DNA of 64,000 nt from Candidatus Latescibacterota bacterium. GTDB lineage: Bacteria; Latescibacterota; UBA2968; GCA-2709665. The translations under genes were made by a program, and so were the position numbers. Positions within the stretch are counted from its first letter, which is position 1. Each line of letters starts with the position of its first letter. This document shows positions 1 to 10,473 of this stretch, piece after piece. The notes beneath the pieces were generated by a model that saw only the letters and a list, made by a program, of their open reading frames with translations, was not told where the DNA came from and searched no databases. Where the stretch lies: NCBI GenBank assembly GCA_963662665.2, contig CAXXJS010000050.1, positions 77,757 through 141,756 of the forward strand. The letters run 5' to 3'.

Positions 1-538
1 ACCGCACGGGCTCCTCCCGGTACACCGACGCCATCGCGGGCACGTCGTCCGGAGATGCCTCCACCAGTTCCACGCTCGCGTCGTCGAAATCTCCGGCCCT
101 TTCCGCGGACACGGAAAATTCCCAGTCGCGGCCCACGTACCGGCAACCGAACCGGTGGTACATCTTGCGATACCCTGAAACCAGCATGAAGTCCACCCCG
201 TCTTCCCGGCAGACGCGCATCGTGTCTTCAAACAGGGCCGTTGCGTACCCATTGCCGCGGTGTTCTTCGTACGTGGCCACCCCGCCCAGGGACGACGCGC
301 GCACCGTGCATCCGAATATGGACGCGTTCCGCCGCAGCGCGCCGATGTGGGAAACGACCCGGCCGTTTGCCACCACCACCCGCATTTCCCCGGCGTGCGC
401 CGGGGTGTAGAAGTGGGGGTATTCTTCCGCGAGTCCGGGCCGGAACACCGTGTGGACCAGGTCGCACAGACTCTGGAATTCACCGGGATGCAGGCTGCGC
501 ATGCCATCGCGCCAGGAAGAATCGGGTTCTCTGGGCAT
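1..538 (-). CDS. GNAT family N-acetyltransferase (Eis-like), 3' end cut by the window edge
   Basis: Not in the ORF track. Manual translation from ATG 538 (RBS GGGAGG) gives MPREPDSSW...LGGVATYEEHRGNGYATALF..., containing the GNAT acetyl-CoA motif RGxGYA. The frame stays open to position 1. Confidence 0.8.
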   Translation of the reverse strand, partial: MPREPDSSWRDGMRSLHPGEFQSLCDLVHTVFRPGLAEEYPHFYTPAHAGEMRVVVANGRVVSHIGALRRNASIFGCTVRASSLGGVATYEEHRGNGYATALFEDTMRVCREDGVDFMLVSGYRKMYHRFGCRYVGRDWEFSVSAERAGDFDDASVELVEASPDDVPAMASVYREEPVR

Positions 539-669
539 TCTGGCCTCCCTTCACCTGGAAACGGGTAGTCTCCAACGAGTCAGACTTACTGCTAAAAAAT
601 GATTTGAAACCGAATTCACCCGGGCCGGGACGGACAGACGGGGATTATGGCAGTATCCGACGCCGTCGT

Positions 670-1617
670 CTACGCCTCTTCCCCCGACATAAAACCAGGC
701 ACGCTGAAATATCGTTCCGCCGAATCGCAGATCACCGTGATAACGCGCCGGCCTTCGCCCAATTCCTCCGCCACCTGTAGCGCGGCCCAGACGTTTGCCC
801 CGGCCGAAATGCCGCTCAGGATACCCTCTTCGGCCGCAAGGCGTCTGGAGGTTTCGAACGCATCCGCCGCGGTCGCGCAAATCACGCTATCGTAGACTCC
901 CCGGTTCAGAACCTCGGGAACGAACCCCGCGCCGATGCCCTGGATGTCGTGAAGCCCCGGCGCACCGCCGGACAGCACGTTGGACCGCTCCGGTTCCACC
1001 GCCACCACCAGGACGCCGGGCATTTCCGCTTTCAGGACCTCGCCCACGCCCGTGATGGTGCCGCCGGTGCCCACGCCGGCCACGAACGCGTCCAACCGCC
1101 CCTGGACCGCATCCATGATCTCGCGCGCGGTTGTGCGCCGGTGCACCTCCGGATTGGCGGGATTGGCGAACTGCTGCGGCATGAACGTGTTGTCGGGGGC
1201 TTCACGCGCGATGCGCAACGCCTCGTCCACGGCGCCCTGCATGTCCTCCACGCCCGGCGTGAGCACCACCTCGGCCCCAAAGCTCTGCAAAAGGTCCCGC
1301 CTCTCACGGCTCATGGAATCCGGCATGGTGAGAACCAGCCGGTATCCCTTTGCCGCCGCCACCAGCGCCAGGCCGATGCCCGTATTCCCGCTGGTGGGCT
1401 CAACAATGGTCATACCGGGCTTCAGACTGCCGTCCTGCTGTGCCGCATCGACCATGGCGTACGCAATCCGGTCCTTCACGGAAGCCACGGGGTTGGCGGC
1501 CTCGATTTTAACGGCAACCTCGGCCATGCCCGGTTCCACCATCCGGTTCAGCTGCACCATCGGCGTGTCGCCGATCAGTTCAAGAATATCGTCCGCCACC
1601 GCATTCGCCAATGGCAT
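670..1617 (-). CDS. cysK: cysteine synthase A (PLP-dependent)
   Basis: NPVASVKDRIA (PLP lysine), EPTSGNTGIG, GVGTGGT and IQGIGAGF motifs. Confidence 0.95.
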   Translation of the reverse strand: MPLANAVADDILELIGDTPMVQLNRMVEPGMAEVAVKIEAANPVASVKDRIAYAMVDAAQQDGSLKPGMTIVEPTSGNTGIGLALVAAAKGYRLVLTMPDSMSRERRDLLQSFGAEVVLTPGVEDMQGAVDEALRIAREAPDNTFMPQQFANPANPEVHRRTTAREIMDAVQGRLDAFVAGVGTGGTITGVGEVLKAEMPGVLVVAVEPERSNVLSGGAPGLHDIQGIGAGFVPEVLNRGVYDSVICATAADAFETSRRLAAEEGILSGISAGANVWAALQVAEELGEGRRVITVICDSAERYFSVPGFMSGEEA

Positions 1618-1695
1618 GTTGTTCCTCTCGAAGCCTTCAGCCGGTTCCGGTCAGCGCGTTTGATCCGGCAATCCGGTAGGGTACAAATCCATCGA

Positions 1696-2154
1696 TCAGA
1701 CGTCCTCTGTTCTGACACTGCTGTTTGCCACGGCCTGGATCGCCATTTTTCCCAGCCGCTGGATATCTTCGGCGATCGTATCGTCCTCCAGGTCGGCAGG
1801 GCCGCACCAACGGAAACCCTCCGCCTCGGAGGCGGCCACTTTCAGGCTGCCCCCCGTCACGCGGGCGAAATAGATCAGGTCTATGTGCTGATGATCGGCG
1901 GAAATCTGTTCCAGGAGAATACACTCGGGGCGGCTCAGCACGTCCACGGTGCCCATCCGGGACCGCGGCGAAAGCAGGGCCACCTCCAGGCCGCATTCTT
2001 CCAGGACCTCACGGACGGCCGCATCGCACGGCAGTTCGTCCTTATCGATATGCCCGCCCGGCGGAAGCCAAAGCCTGAGCCGCTTGTGAAAAAGCAACAA
2101 CGTTCTGCCGTCCTGAACGATAAACGTGGTTGCGGTGAAATCTCGCGTTGTCAT
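1696..2154 (-). CDS. NUDIX hydrolase
   Basis: Nudix box GGHIDKDELPCDAAVREVLEECG. Start moved to ATG 2154 (MTTRDFTATTF). Confidence 0.88.
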   Translation of the reverse strand: MTTRDFTATTFIVQDGRTLLLFHKRLRLWLPPGGHIDKDELPCDAAVREVLEECGLEVALLSPRSRMGTVDVLSRPECILLEQISADHQHIDLIYFARVTGGSLKVAASEAEGFRWCGPADLEDDTIAEDIQRLGKMAIQAVANSSVRTEDV

Positions 2155-2346
2155 CCTTCCGAATATACCTTGCGTCGTCCATGGGGGAAAGAAAAAAGCG
2201 ACTGTGATTTGTGTGATTAGAACCTGATTAGCGTGATTGAGGCAATGGCGTTTAATAAGAATGGAAAGGATGAACAGGATAAAACCAGCCGCGGCTACGC
2301 GTCGTTCAGGCGCAAATAGACGGACGGTGTGGCAGCACATCCGTAT

Positions 2347-2431
2347 CACTCCCCCCTTGAGGGGGAGTCGCAGAAGCCGAGCCGATCCCTGAGCCTGTCG
2401 AAGGGCCGGCGACGGCTGATGCGGTGGGGGG
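2347..2431. repeat. REP-like palindromic element containing a second palindrome
   Basis: ACTCCCCCCTTGAGGGGGAGT hairpin at 2348-2368, internal CCCTGAGCCTGTCGAAGGG at 2387-2405, G-run at the end. Confidence 0.55.
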
Positions 2432-2543
2432 AATTCAACAACGAATGGTGCATGTTTCAGTTTTGGTCGTAATCCTGCCTATCCTGTGCATCCATGTAGT
2501 GTATTGTTTTGGGAGGCGGGTAGGGGGTGACGTTAATCTGTGT

Positions 2544-2924
2544 CTACCAGATGGTCTGTGAATAGAACGCCTGGATTATTGAATTGGAGGTGACGATGGG
2601 GCAGGCGTTCAGGCTGGCGGTTGCGACAATGATCCGATCGGCAGGGTCGCGATGGTCCCAGTCGAGTTCGAGGCTTTTGATCCAGGTCCGCGTGCATACG
2701 GGCAGGATATCGATACGGTCGACTTGCTCCAGTTTATCCGTGAATTCCTGAATCGAAACCGGAATTAGTAGCTGTTCCTTCTTGACTTTAATACCGATTT
2801 CCCATATCGATATGTCGCTCAGGGCAATCCTGTCGTAGTCGGAGATCGCCTGTTCGGCAGCCTGAGACAGCCGATCCGGATCCAGTGTCCAGAACACAAG
2901 GGCCGACGTGTCCAACAGGACCAT
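2544..2924 (-). CDS. vapC: type II TA toxin, VapC/PIN domain
   Basis: VLLDTSALVFW, SIWEI and HRDPADRIIVATA PIN motifs. TGATG overlap with the upstream antitoxin. Confidence 0.9.
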   Translation of the reverse strand: MVLLDTSALVFWTLDPDRLSQAAEQAISDYDRIALSDISIWEIGIKVKKEQLLIPVSIQEFTDKLEQVDRIDILPVCTRTWIKSLELDWDHRDPADRIIVATASLNACPIVTSNSIIQAFYSQTIW

Positions 2925-3154
2925 CACAGGTCAGTCCATTCATCGGTGGTTGGCAAATTGACGTCTTCGCGGTAGATCGCGCCCCCCTGAATGGCGCCGA
3001 ACACCTCTTCTACGGTCTTTTTTGGTTCAATAGGCTGAATGCGCAAAACCGGCCGCCTTCGATCCGTGACAATCAGTTCTTCGCCGGTTTTCTCAAGCTC
3101 GCGAAAGACTCGTAGCATATTGGCTTTCAGCTTGCTCTTCGAAATGGATTGCAT
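2924..3154 (-). CDS. type II TA antitoxin, Phd/YefM family
   Basis: MQSISKSKLKANMLRVFRELEKTGEELIVTDRRRPV is a Phd-like N-terminus. Translationally coupled to the PIN toxin. Confidence 0.88.
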   Translation of the reverse strand: MQSISKSKLKANMLRVFRELEKTGEELIVTDRRRPVLRIQPIEPKKTVEEVFGAIQGGAIYREDVNLPTTDEWTDL

Positions 3155-3176
3155 GCGTTCTCCCAGGCTGAATAAG

Positions 3177-3228
3177 TGACTATAGTCATAACCATAGTCA
3201 TTATACACAGAAATAAAATTCCTGTCAA
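3177..3228 (-). promoter_or_regulatory. sigma70 promoter and tandem operator of the TA operon
   Basis: Perfect TTGACA(3228-3223)-N17-TATAAT(3205-3200). Palindrome TGACTATAGTCA at 3177-3188 plus an imperfect copy TAACCATAGTCA at 3189-3200. Confidence 0.85.
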
Positions 3229-3442
3229 CGAATTGTCTTACATAGTTTGACAGGGTTAACAAGATATATTGGCATTTTGCCACGAGGCTCGAAATTTGGG
3301 TCGTTTATATTATCGGCTGAATCTGGTTTTTCCGGATGCTATACTGACTATCCCGAGCATCCATGTTTCCCACGTCTTCACGCGGGCCGGTAGCCGAATG
3401 CTGGCGCGCGGCCAACCGCTACCGCCATTTGTGACAACACCA

Positions 3443-3641
3443 CTAACCTTGATTAGTAATTCTTCGGGGAAGTAAAACCGAATATATGCAAGTAGATAAA
3501 GGCGATTTGACTTCGGATTACCAGGATACACCAGGTCACTGGACGTGAATTGAAAAAACGTCCTTTTTGACGACCGTTACGCCCCGTTTCAGGGGTTTTC
3601 GTCGCGTCGCCTTGTTGCTGTTTTTTTCGAATTGGGGCTAA
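3443..3641. mobile_element. MITE-like element, copy 1
   Basis: Close reverse-complement match to 50041-50237. Imperfect terminal inverted repeats, with TAA at both ends. Confidence 0.75.
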
Positions 3642-3823
3642 TCGCGCAGCCGGAACTTGATTTCGTCTACAGAAGCCGTCTCGAGGAACGATTCCAGTTC
3701 TTTCTTCAGGTTTTCCTTCGATTCGGCTATCGTGTTCCCCTGGCTCGCGATATCCAACTCTGGACAGAGCGCGACGTACCCTTCGCCGACTCGCTCAATA
3801 AATGCCGTCAACTGCCTTGCCAT
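3638..3823 (-). CDS. HicB-like antitoxin, short and without HicA
   Basis: LTAFIERVGEGYVALCPELDIASQGNTIAESKENLK is the HicB partial RNase H fold pattern. RBS GGAG. Confidence 0.8.
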   Translation of the reverse strand: MARQLTAFIERVGEGYVALCPELDIASQGNTIAESKENLKKELESFLETASVDEIKFRLRD

Positions 3824-4223
3824 CACCAACTCCGATCGGTCGAAACCGATTCTCCAACACGGATATACAGGATGTACAGGATTATAACCCTCGAAAACCA
3901 GCTAACCCTGTGTACAGCCGCTGAGGGGTGCCGCTAATTTACAGACGCCCGAACACCGTCATGGATTCACTGGAAATTCCCAAAAAAAAACCATCAGAAC
4001 AGAGATGGACAGGATAAACGGGGCAACACACAGTCGAATCAATACCTGCTCAACGAAAAAAGTGTTCCGGAAGTAAGGGATTTTAGCCCTGATCGAACGA
4101 TGAACATCGAAGGGCTGCACGTCCGCTGCAAGAATTGCCAACGGACTTTTGATTTTGTCCTGCCTATCCTGCCTGTGGGTACGCACGCAGACAGGTGCAA
4201 CCATGTTCCCCTATTTCAATTCT

Positions 4224-4406
4224 TCAATGCAACCGTTGCTTGATCTCAGAATCTGAGGCCGTCTCCAGGAACAACTCCAGCGCCTCTTTCAAATTATCCC
4301 TTGCTTCCGACACGGCTGTTCCCTGACTGGCGACGTACAGCTCAGGGCAGCGTGCGACGAAGCCGTCGTCTTCACGTTCGATAATCCTTGTCAGTTGCCG
4401 TGTCAT
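4224..4406 (-). CDS. HicB-like antitoxin, short and without HicA; paralog of 3638-3823
   Basis: IIEREDDGFVARCPELYVASQGTAVSEARDNLKEALELFLE. Confidence 0.82.
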   Translation of the reverse strand: MTRQLTRIIEREDDGFVARCPELYVASQGTAVSEARDNLKEALELFLETASDSEIKQRLH

Positions 4407-4523
4407 CGCAAGCTCCCGACATGCGGATTACGTAGCTTCGCGGTTTGTTTCATCCTTCGCTTTTGCAGTCGACGTTAATCACAGTCCATCATTTTAATCA
4501 TACGAATCACAGGCCTATCCTGT

Positions 4524-5138
<615 letters not shown>

Positions 5139-5449
5139 CAAGCGACCCCCTTCTCTTCGCCAGAGTCAACACCACCAAACATGGATGGACAGGATTATAA
5201 CTAAAAGAGACACTAAGACTATTCAAACATGGGCATCAATTTACCAGCTTTTCAGTCCGTCTTCTCAGATCCGAAAACTGTCACGTCGTCATCCGTTTTC
5301 GCCCGAGCCATGCTGTACCCCGTCTGAATGGTTCTACCGCTTTTCTGGCCTTTTGCCTTTATCCTGCCTATCCTGCCTGCCTGTGCGTGTGGCACGCACG
5401 CAGACAGGTCTATCCATGTTCCCCTGCATCAATCCTCGATGGTCTTTTG

Positions 5450-5947
5450 CTACCAACCTCCAACCTGAGTCCGGTCCACGACATCCCGTGTCAGGATCTC
5501 GAACGCCGCGCCGAGGCCCTCCAGGCGGGCTTCTTCGCGATGGCCGGCGGCGCTGTAGATGCCGTATCCCTTCAGGCGTTTCTCCTCCCACAGCAGTTTC
5601 TTGTTTTTTACGTCGTAGCAACTGACGTCCAGATAGACCGATATCTGGAACTGGTCCTCCTGACCCCGGTAGGTGAACGGGTCGTCCCGCACCTCTACAA
5701 TCGTGCCGCGAAGCACCACGTCGGCACGGTCTTCGTCCATCACGCGCAGCGCCGCGTCCTGCAGGAACGCCTGGATCAGGCTGTCCGTGAGCGCCTGCTG
5801 TATTTCCGGCTCCAGACTCTCATTCTCCATCAGCGGAATGGCCACCGAGCGAAAGCCGGAGCCACCTGTCGCGGAGGTCGAATAGTACGCACATCCGCCA
5901 AGCCAGAACATCACCAGCATGGCGCAGGGAAGGAGGGAACGCTTCAA
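5450..5947 (-). CDS. LptE family lipoprotein
   Basis: Lipobox LGGC followed by AY, then SVAIPLMENESLEPEIQQALTDSL...ADVVLRGTI, typical of LptE-like proteins. Confidence 0.75.
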   Translation of the reverse strand: MKRSLLPCAMLVMFWLGGCAYYSTSATGGSGFRSVAIPLMENESLEPEIQQALTDSLIQAFLQDAALRVMDEDRADVVLRGTIVEVRDDPFTYRGQEDQFQISVYLDVSCYDVKNKKLLWEEKRLKGYGIYSAAGHREEARLEGLGAAFEILTRDVVDRTQVGGW

Positions 5948-6432
5948 TCCGATTCCTCCGTCGCGTCTCCGGATTCCTCCTCGGTCGCCTCGGTGGACGC
6001 TTCTTCCTTCGGTGCTTCCGCGGACGCCTCCTGCTCCGGCGCCTCGGCTTCGGCGCTTTCGGCGGCATCGTCGCCGCTTTCCTCCGCGGCTGCTTCGCCG
6101 TCGGCCGTTGGCGCCTCGGCCTCATCGCCGGGTGCTTCCGTCTCGTCAGGCACCTTGTTCACTTCGTCGATGTAGTTCATTCTCAATTCGTACAGCGCGT
6201 GCTCGAGAAACTTCTGTTCGTTGTCGCTGAGATTGCCCTTCGTTTTCGCCTGCAGCATGCCCAGGATGTCAATCGTGTTTTTCGCCTGGGCAAGGTCCCG
6301 TTCCACCTTGTTGGACGCAGGGTTCATCACCTTGCCAAGATGCTGCCAGGCCGCCCCCTGAAACATCAGTACGATCTGCGTAAACAGAAACTCGTTTATC
6401 TGCTCCTGGGTAATGGGTTCACTTTCAGCCAT
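5944..6432 (-). CDS. DUF1844 domain protein with acidic tail
   Basis: AWQHLGKVMNP...DLAQAKNTIDILGMLQAKTKGNLSDNEQKFLEHALYELRMNY. Confidence 0.8.
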   Translation of the reverse strand: MAESEPITQEQINEFLFTQIVLMFQGAAWQHLGKVMNPASNKVERDLAQAKNTIDILGMLQAKTKGNLSDNEQKFLEHALYELRMNYIDEVNKVPDETEAPGDEAEAPTADGEAAAEESGDDAAESAEAEAPEQEASAEAPKEEASTEATEEESGDATEESD

Positions 6433-6635
6433 GTGGATAACCTCCTTTGGATAAATGATTTAAGCACTTCGTGGCCATGTATCTACAAGACTTGAATCAA
6501 TAAGAGTAAGACGGAAGAGGGGAGAGGGGAGAGATCGCCTGCCTTGTAATGTTTCATCTCAGGCCGCAGGCAAGTCGGAGGCACAAATCGGGCAAGGATT
6601 TCCTCTACCGTCTCACGTCTCCCTTCTCCCCGACT

Positions 6636-7289
6636 TCAGGTTTTTCCGCTACCGTCTCCCGTCTCCCCGTTTAACGCGGCTGTCAGCCGCGCGATCGCCG
6701 TTTCAGCGTTCGCCCACCCTCGTACAATGTCCATCTGCCGCTCCCCGTGTTTCACGACCACGCTTGGAAACTCCCGGACGCCCATCGAGCGGCGAAGGTT
6801 GAAGCCTTCCTGCAATTCCGCCTCTATCTCAGGTGATCTGATGTCCCGCTCAAACCGGTCCGCGTCCAGCGGCGGCGAAAGCGATCCGGCAATCGCGGTC
6901 AGCGTCTCAATATCCGAGGGGTTCCGCGCCTCCCGGTAATACGCACGCTGGATGGCGTCGAACATATCTGGCACGGCGTCCACTCGCTGCGCCCTCGCCG
7001 CCAGCACCGCGCGGCAGGCGGGGTAGGTCGACCGGCGGGGATCGCATTCGCGCCAGAAGTCCCAGTTGAATTCCGCCCCGGTCGCTGCCGCGACTTCCCG
7101 CCAGTTCCGCTTAACGTACTCACGTGTCTCCTCGGGCATCGGTTCGTTCGAATCCCTTGCCAGACCGCCCATCACGTACACCGTCTGAACAGCCTCCGGA
7201 AGGGCCGAAACGATCTCCCGCAGCACCGGCCTGAACCCCCAGCACCACGAACACATCGGGTCTGCCACGTAATAGAGTCGTTGGTCCAT
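6636..7289 (-). CDS. DsbA family thioredoxin-fold protein
   Basis: YYVADPMCSWCWGF CxxC motif and GVREFP cis-Pro loop. Confidence 0.88.
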   Translation of the reverse strand: MDQRLYYVADPMCSWCWGFRPVLREIVSALPEAVQTVYVMGGLARDSNEPMPEETREYVKRNWREVAAATGAEFNWDFWRECDPRRSTYPACRAVLAARAQRVDAVPDMFDAIQRAYYREARNPSDIETLTAIAGSLSPPLDADRFERDIRSPEIEAELQEGFNLRRSMGVREFPSVVVKHGERQMDIVRGWANAETAIARLTAALNGETGDGSGKT

Positions 7290-7564
7290 TTTTCGCTCCC
7301 TGGCAAAGAGGCGACGGGCACTTTCAGCGGGCTGTTAAGGTACAATATTAAAGACGCGGGTTGAAAAAGGCAAGCGTATCGATCCTGTCTGAATCCGCGC
7401 GGCGACGATTTAGTGCGCCTTTCCGGCGGCGCGATAGAATCCGCTTGCGCTGGTGCGATGATTATTTGTACTTTCATCCCCGCTGAATTTGCCAGCCTCC
7501 GTCCCGTGCGGGAATCCGGTAGCGGGACCTCGAAATCGGAAAACACACAAAAAGGAGGTCGCCC

Positions 7565-8029
7565 GTGAACGTGGAAGTCACAATTAACGGCGAGCGCCAC
7601 AGCCACGACGTGGAGCCCAGGCTGCTGCTTGTGCATTATCTGCGCGACGTTTTGGGCCTCACAGGCACCCACGTTGGCTGCGAAACCAGCCTCTGCGGCG
7701 CCTGTACCGTGATGCTCAACGGGCAGGCGGTCAAATCCTGTACATTGCTCACGGTACAGGCCAACGGCGCCGAAATCACCACCATCGAAGGCCTGGCCGA
7801 AAATGGCGAGCTTCACCCGGTCCAGGAGGGCTTCTGGGAGTGCCACGGCCTGCAGTGCGGCTTCTGCACCCCCGGGATGATTATTGCCGCCCACCAGTTG
7901 CTGGAGCGCAACTCACGGCCCACCGAGGCGCAGATTCGGCGCGGCATCGAGGGCAACCTCTGCCGCTGCACCGGGTACCAGCACATTGTGGACGCCGTCC
8001 AGTACGCAGCCAGGAAAATGAGATCCTAA
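7565..8029 (+). CDS. coxS: CO dehydrogenase-like molybdoenzyme, small (2Fe-2S) subunit
   Basis: [10 protein letters not shown]...C, QCGFC and [17 protein letters not shown]. Confidence 0.9.
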   Translation: MNVEVTINGERHSHDVEPRLLLVHYLRDVLGLTGTHVGCETSLCGACTVMLNGQAVKSCTLLTVQANGAEITTIEGLAENGELHPVQEGFWECHGLQCGFCTPGMIIAAHQLLERNSRPTEAQIRRGIEGNLCRCTGYQHIVDAVQYAARKMRS

Positions 8030-8042
8030 GAGGAGGTCTTCC

Positions 8043-10373
8043 ATGCCTGTCAGCAAATCAGTAGGCGCGAGAATCAAGCGCAGGGAAGATCCCCGGCTGA
8101 TTCAGGGCCTTGCGCAGTACGTAGACGACATTCAAATGCCCGGAACGCTGCACGTGGCCGTCCTGCGCAGTCCGTACGGACACGCGCACATCCGGAGCAT
8201 CGACACCGCCGCCGCTGCGGATCACCCAGGGGTAGTCGCCGTGGTGACCGGCGACGATCTCAAAGATAATATCGGCACCATTCCATGCGCCACCACCGAC
8301 CCCGAAGCTTTTCCCGGCATCCAGGTTCCGGAGCATCCGGTCCTGGCCCATGGCAAAGTGCGGTTCGTCGGGGAACCGGTTGCGGCCGTTGTGGCCGACA
8401 GTCCCTACACCGCCAGTGACGCGGCCGAACTCATCGAGGTCGACTACGACCCGCTCGACGCCGTCAACTCCGCGGAGTCCGCGCTGAGTGAAGGCGCACC
8501 CATTCTGCACGAACAGTTCGGCAGCAACCAGGCCTTCACCTGGGCTATTGCCGGCGGCGACATCGACGATGCATTCGCCCAGGCCGACCGCGTGGTCAAA
8601 CAGCGTTTCGACCACCAGCGCCTGGTGCCCAATCCGCTGGAAACCCGCGGCGTGGTCGCACGGTTTGAGCCCGGCCGCGGCAAACTCACGGTCTGGTCCT
8701 CTACCCAGATCCCGCATCTGCTCAAGACCCAGTTGTCGGTGATTCTCAACCGGCCGGAGCAACTCGTCCAGGTCATCGCCCCTGAAGTGGGCGGCGGGTT
8801 CGGCTGCAAACTGAACGTGTACGCCGAGGAAGCCCTGGTCGGTCACCTCGCGATCCAGCTAAAAAAGCCGGTCAAGTGGATCGAGAGCAGGCGGGAGAAC
8901 TTCCTTCACACGATCCACGGCCGCGACCAGGTAGGCGACGTGGAGATCCCCGTAAAAAACGACGGGACCATCCTGGGTCTCAAATACTCCGTGCAGGCCG
9001 ACGTGGGCGCCTATTATCAGTTGCTCACACCGGCAATTCCAACCCTCACGGGATTGATGCTCTGCGGCTGTTACAAGTTCCAGAACGTCTCCATGGAACT
9101 TACCGCCGCGTTTACCAACAAAATGTCCACCGATGCCTACCGGGGGGCGGGAAGGCCGGAGGCCACTTACCTCATCGAACGCATGCTGGACTGCGTGGCC
9201 TTCGATCTGGACATGGATCCCCTGGAGGTCCGCCGCAGGAACTTTATCGGCAAGGACGAATTCCCCTTCACCACCGGTACGGCCGTTGCGTACGACAGCG
9301 GCGACTACGACATTGCACTGAACAAGGCGCTCAGGAAGATCGATTACGAGGGATTCCGCAAGGAGCAGGCGGAAGCCCGCGAACAGGGCCGGTACCTGGG
9401 GCTGGGCTTCTCAACCTACGTTGAAATCTGCGGGATGGGCCCCTCGGCGGCCATGCCGGCAGGCGGCTGGGAAAGCGGCACCGTGCGCGTGGACCCCACG
9501 GGCACGGTCACCGTTCTCACCGGCGTCTCGCCCCACGGCCAGGGCCAGGAAACCACGTTTGCGCAACTCATCGCCGACGGCCTTGGGGTGGACATCGACG
9601 ACGTGCGGATCATCCACGGCGATACCGAAGCCGTGCAATACGGCATCGGGACGTTCGGCTCCCGCGCGACCGCGGTGGGCGGCACGGCCATGGTCATGGC
9701 CATGGAAAAGGTTAAGGAAAAAGCCGTCAATATCGCCGCGCATCTCCTGGAGAGCAATCCGCATGACATCGTCCTCGAAGACGGAAAATACGGCGTAAAG
9801 GGCTCGCCCGACCAGGGCGTGACCCTGATGGAAATATCCATGGCCGCCCACGGGGGCGTGAACCTGCCGCCGGATACCGAGCCGGGTATGGCTGCCACAC
9901 ACTTCTTCGAACCCTCCAACTTCACGTACCCGTTCGGCACCCATATCGCCATCGTGGAAGTGGACGCGGATACCGGCGAAGTGGACATCCTGCGCTATAT
10001 CGCCGTTGACGACTGCGGCAATATCATCAACCCGCTGATCGTCGAGGGTCAGATCCACGGGGGCATCGCGCAGGGCCTGGGCCAGGCGCTCTACGAAGAG
10101 GCCATCTACGACGAGAGCGGCCAGATGCTCACCGGCTCGTTCATGGACTACGCCCTGCCAAAGGCGCACAACTTCCCCCGCTTCGAACTGGACAACACGG
10201 TCACGCCCTCTCCTGTGAACCCCATGGGCGTCAAGGGCGTGGGTGAGGCGGGCACCATCGGCTCAACGCCGTCCATTGTGAATGCGGTGGTCGACGCGCT
10301 CAAGCCATTCGGCGTACGTCATATCGATATGCCGCTGCGTCCTGAAAAACTCTGGAAGCTGATGCAGGGGTAG
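8043..10373 (+). CDS. coxL: xanthine dehydrogenase family molybdopterin-binding large subunit (form II CoxL-like)
   Basis: Active-site loop AYRGAGR (form II), VGGGFG, HGQGQET and KGVGEAG. Gene order is S-L-M. Confidence 0.9.
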   Translation: MPVSKSVGARIKRREDPRLIQGLAQYVDDIQMPGTLHVAVLRSPYGHAHIRSIDTAAAADHPGVVAVVTGDDLKDNIGTIPCATTDPEAFPGIQVPEHPVLAHGKVRFVGEPVAAVVADSPYTASDAAELIEVDYDPLDAVNSAESALSEGAPILHEQFGSNQAFTWAIAGGDIDDAFAQADRVVKQRFDHQRLVPNPLETRGVVARFEPGRGKLTVWSSTQIPHLLKTQLSVILNRPEQLVQVIAPEVGGGFGCKLNVYAEEALVGHLAIQLKKPVKWIESRRENFLHTIHGRDQVGDVEIPVKNDGTILGLKYSVQADVGAYYQLLTPAIPTLTGLMLCGCYKFQNVSMELTAAFTNKMSTDAYRGAGRPEATYLIERMLDCVAFDLDMDPLEVRRRNFIGKDEFPFTTGTAVAYDSGDYDIALNKALRKIDYEGFRKEQAEAREQGRYLGLGFSTYVEICGMGPSAAMPAGGWESGTVRVDPTGTVTVLTGVSPHGQGQETTFAQLIADGLGVDIDDVRIIHGDTEAVQYGIGTFGSRATAVGGTAMVMAMEKVKEKAVNIAAHLLESNPHDIVLEDGKYGVKGSPDQGVTLMEISMAAHGGVNLPPDTEPGMAATHFFEPSNFTYPFGTHIAIVEVDADTGEVDILRYIAVDDCGNIINPLIVEGQIHGGIAQGLGQALYEEAIYDESGQMLTGSFMDYALPKAHNFPRFELDNTVTPSPVNPMGVKGVGEAGTIGSTPSIVNAVVDALKPFGVRHIDMPLRPEKLWKLMQG

Positions 10374-10473
10374 GCTGTCTGCCCGGCCCATCGGGTGGCG
10401 CGAAAAACCGGGCGGCGAACGGTTGAACGCGCTCGCACGGAAGTTCAAATTTTCGATACCTGGAGAGATTACA

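Noticed and set aside
6505-6668. Purine/pyrimidine-skewed tracts (GAGGGGAGAGGGGAGAG ... CGTCTCCCGTCTCCCC)
   Set aside because: Possibly another short repeat family or a terminator region, but there is only one locus in the window, so it cannot be supported.
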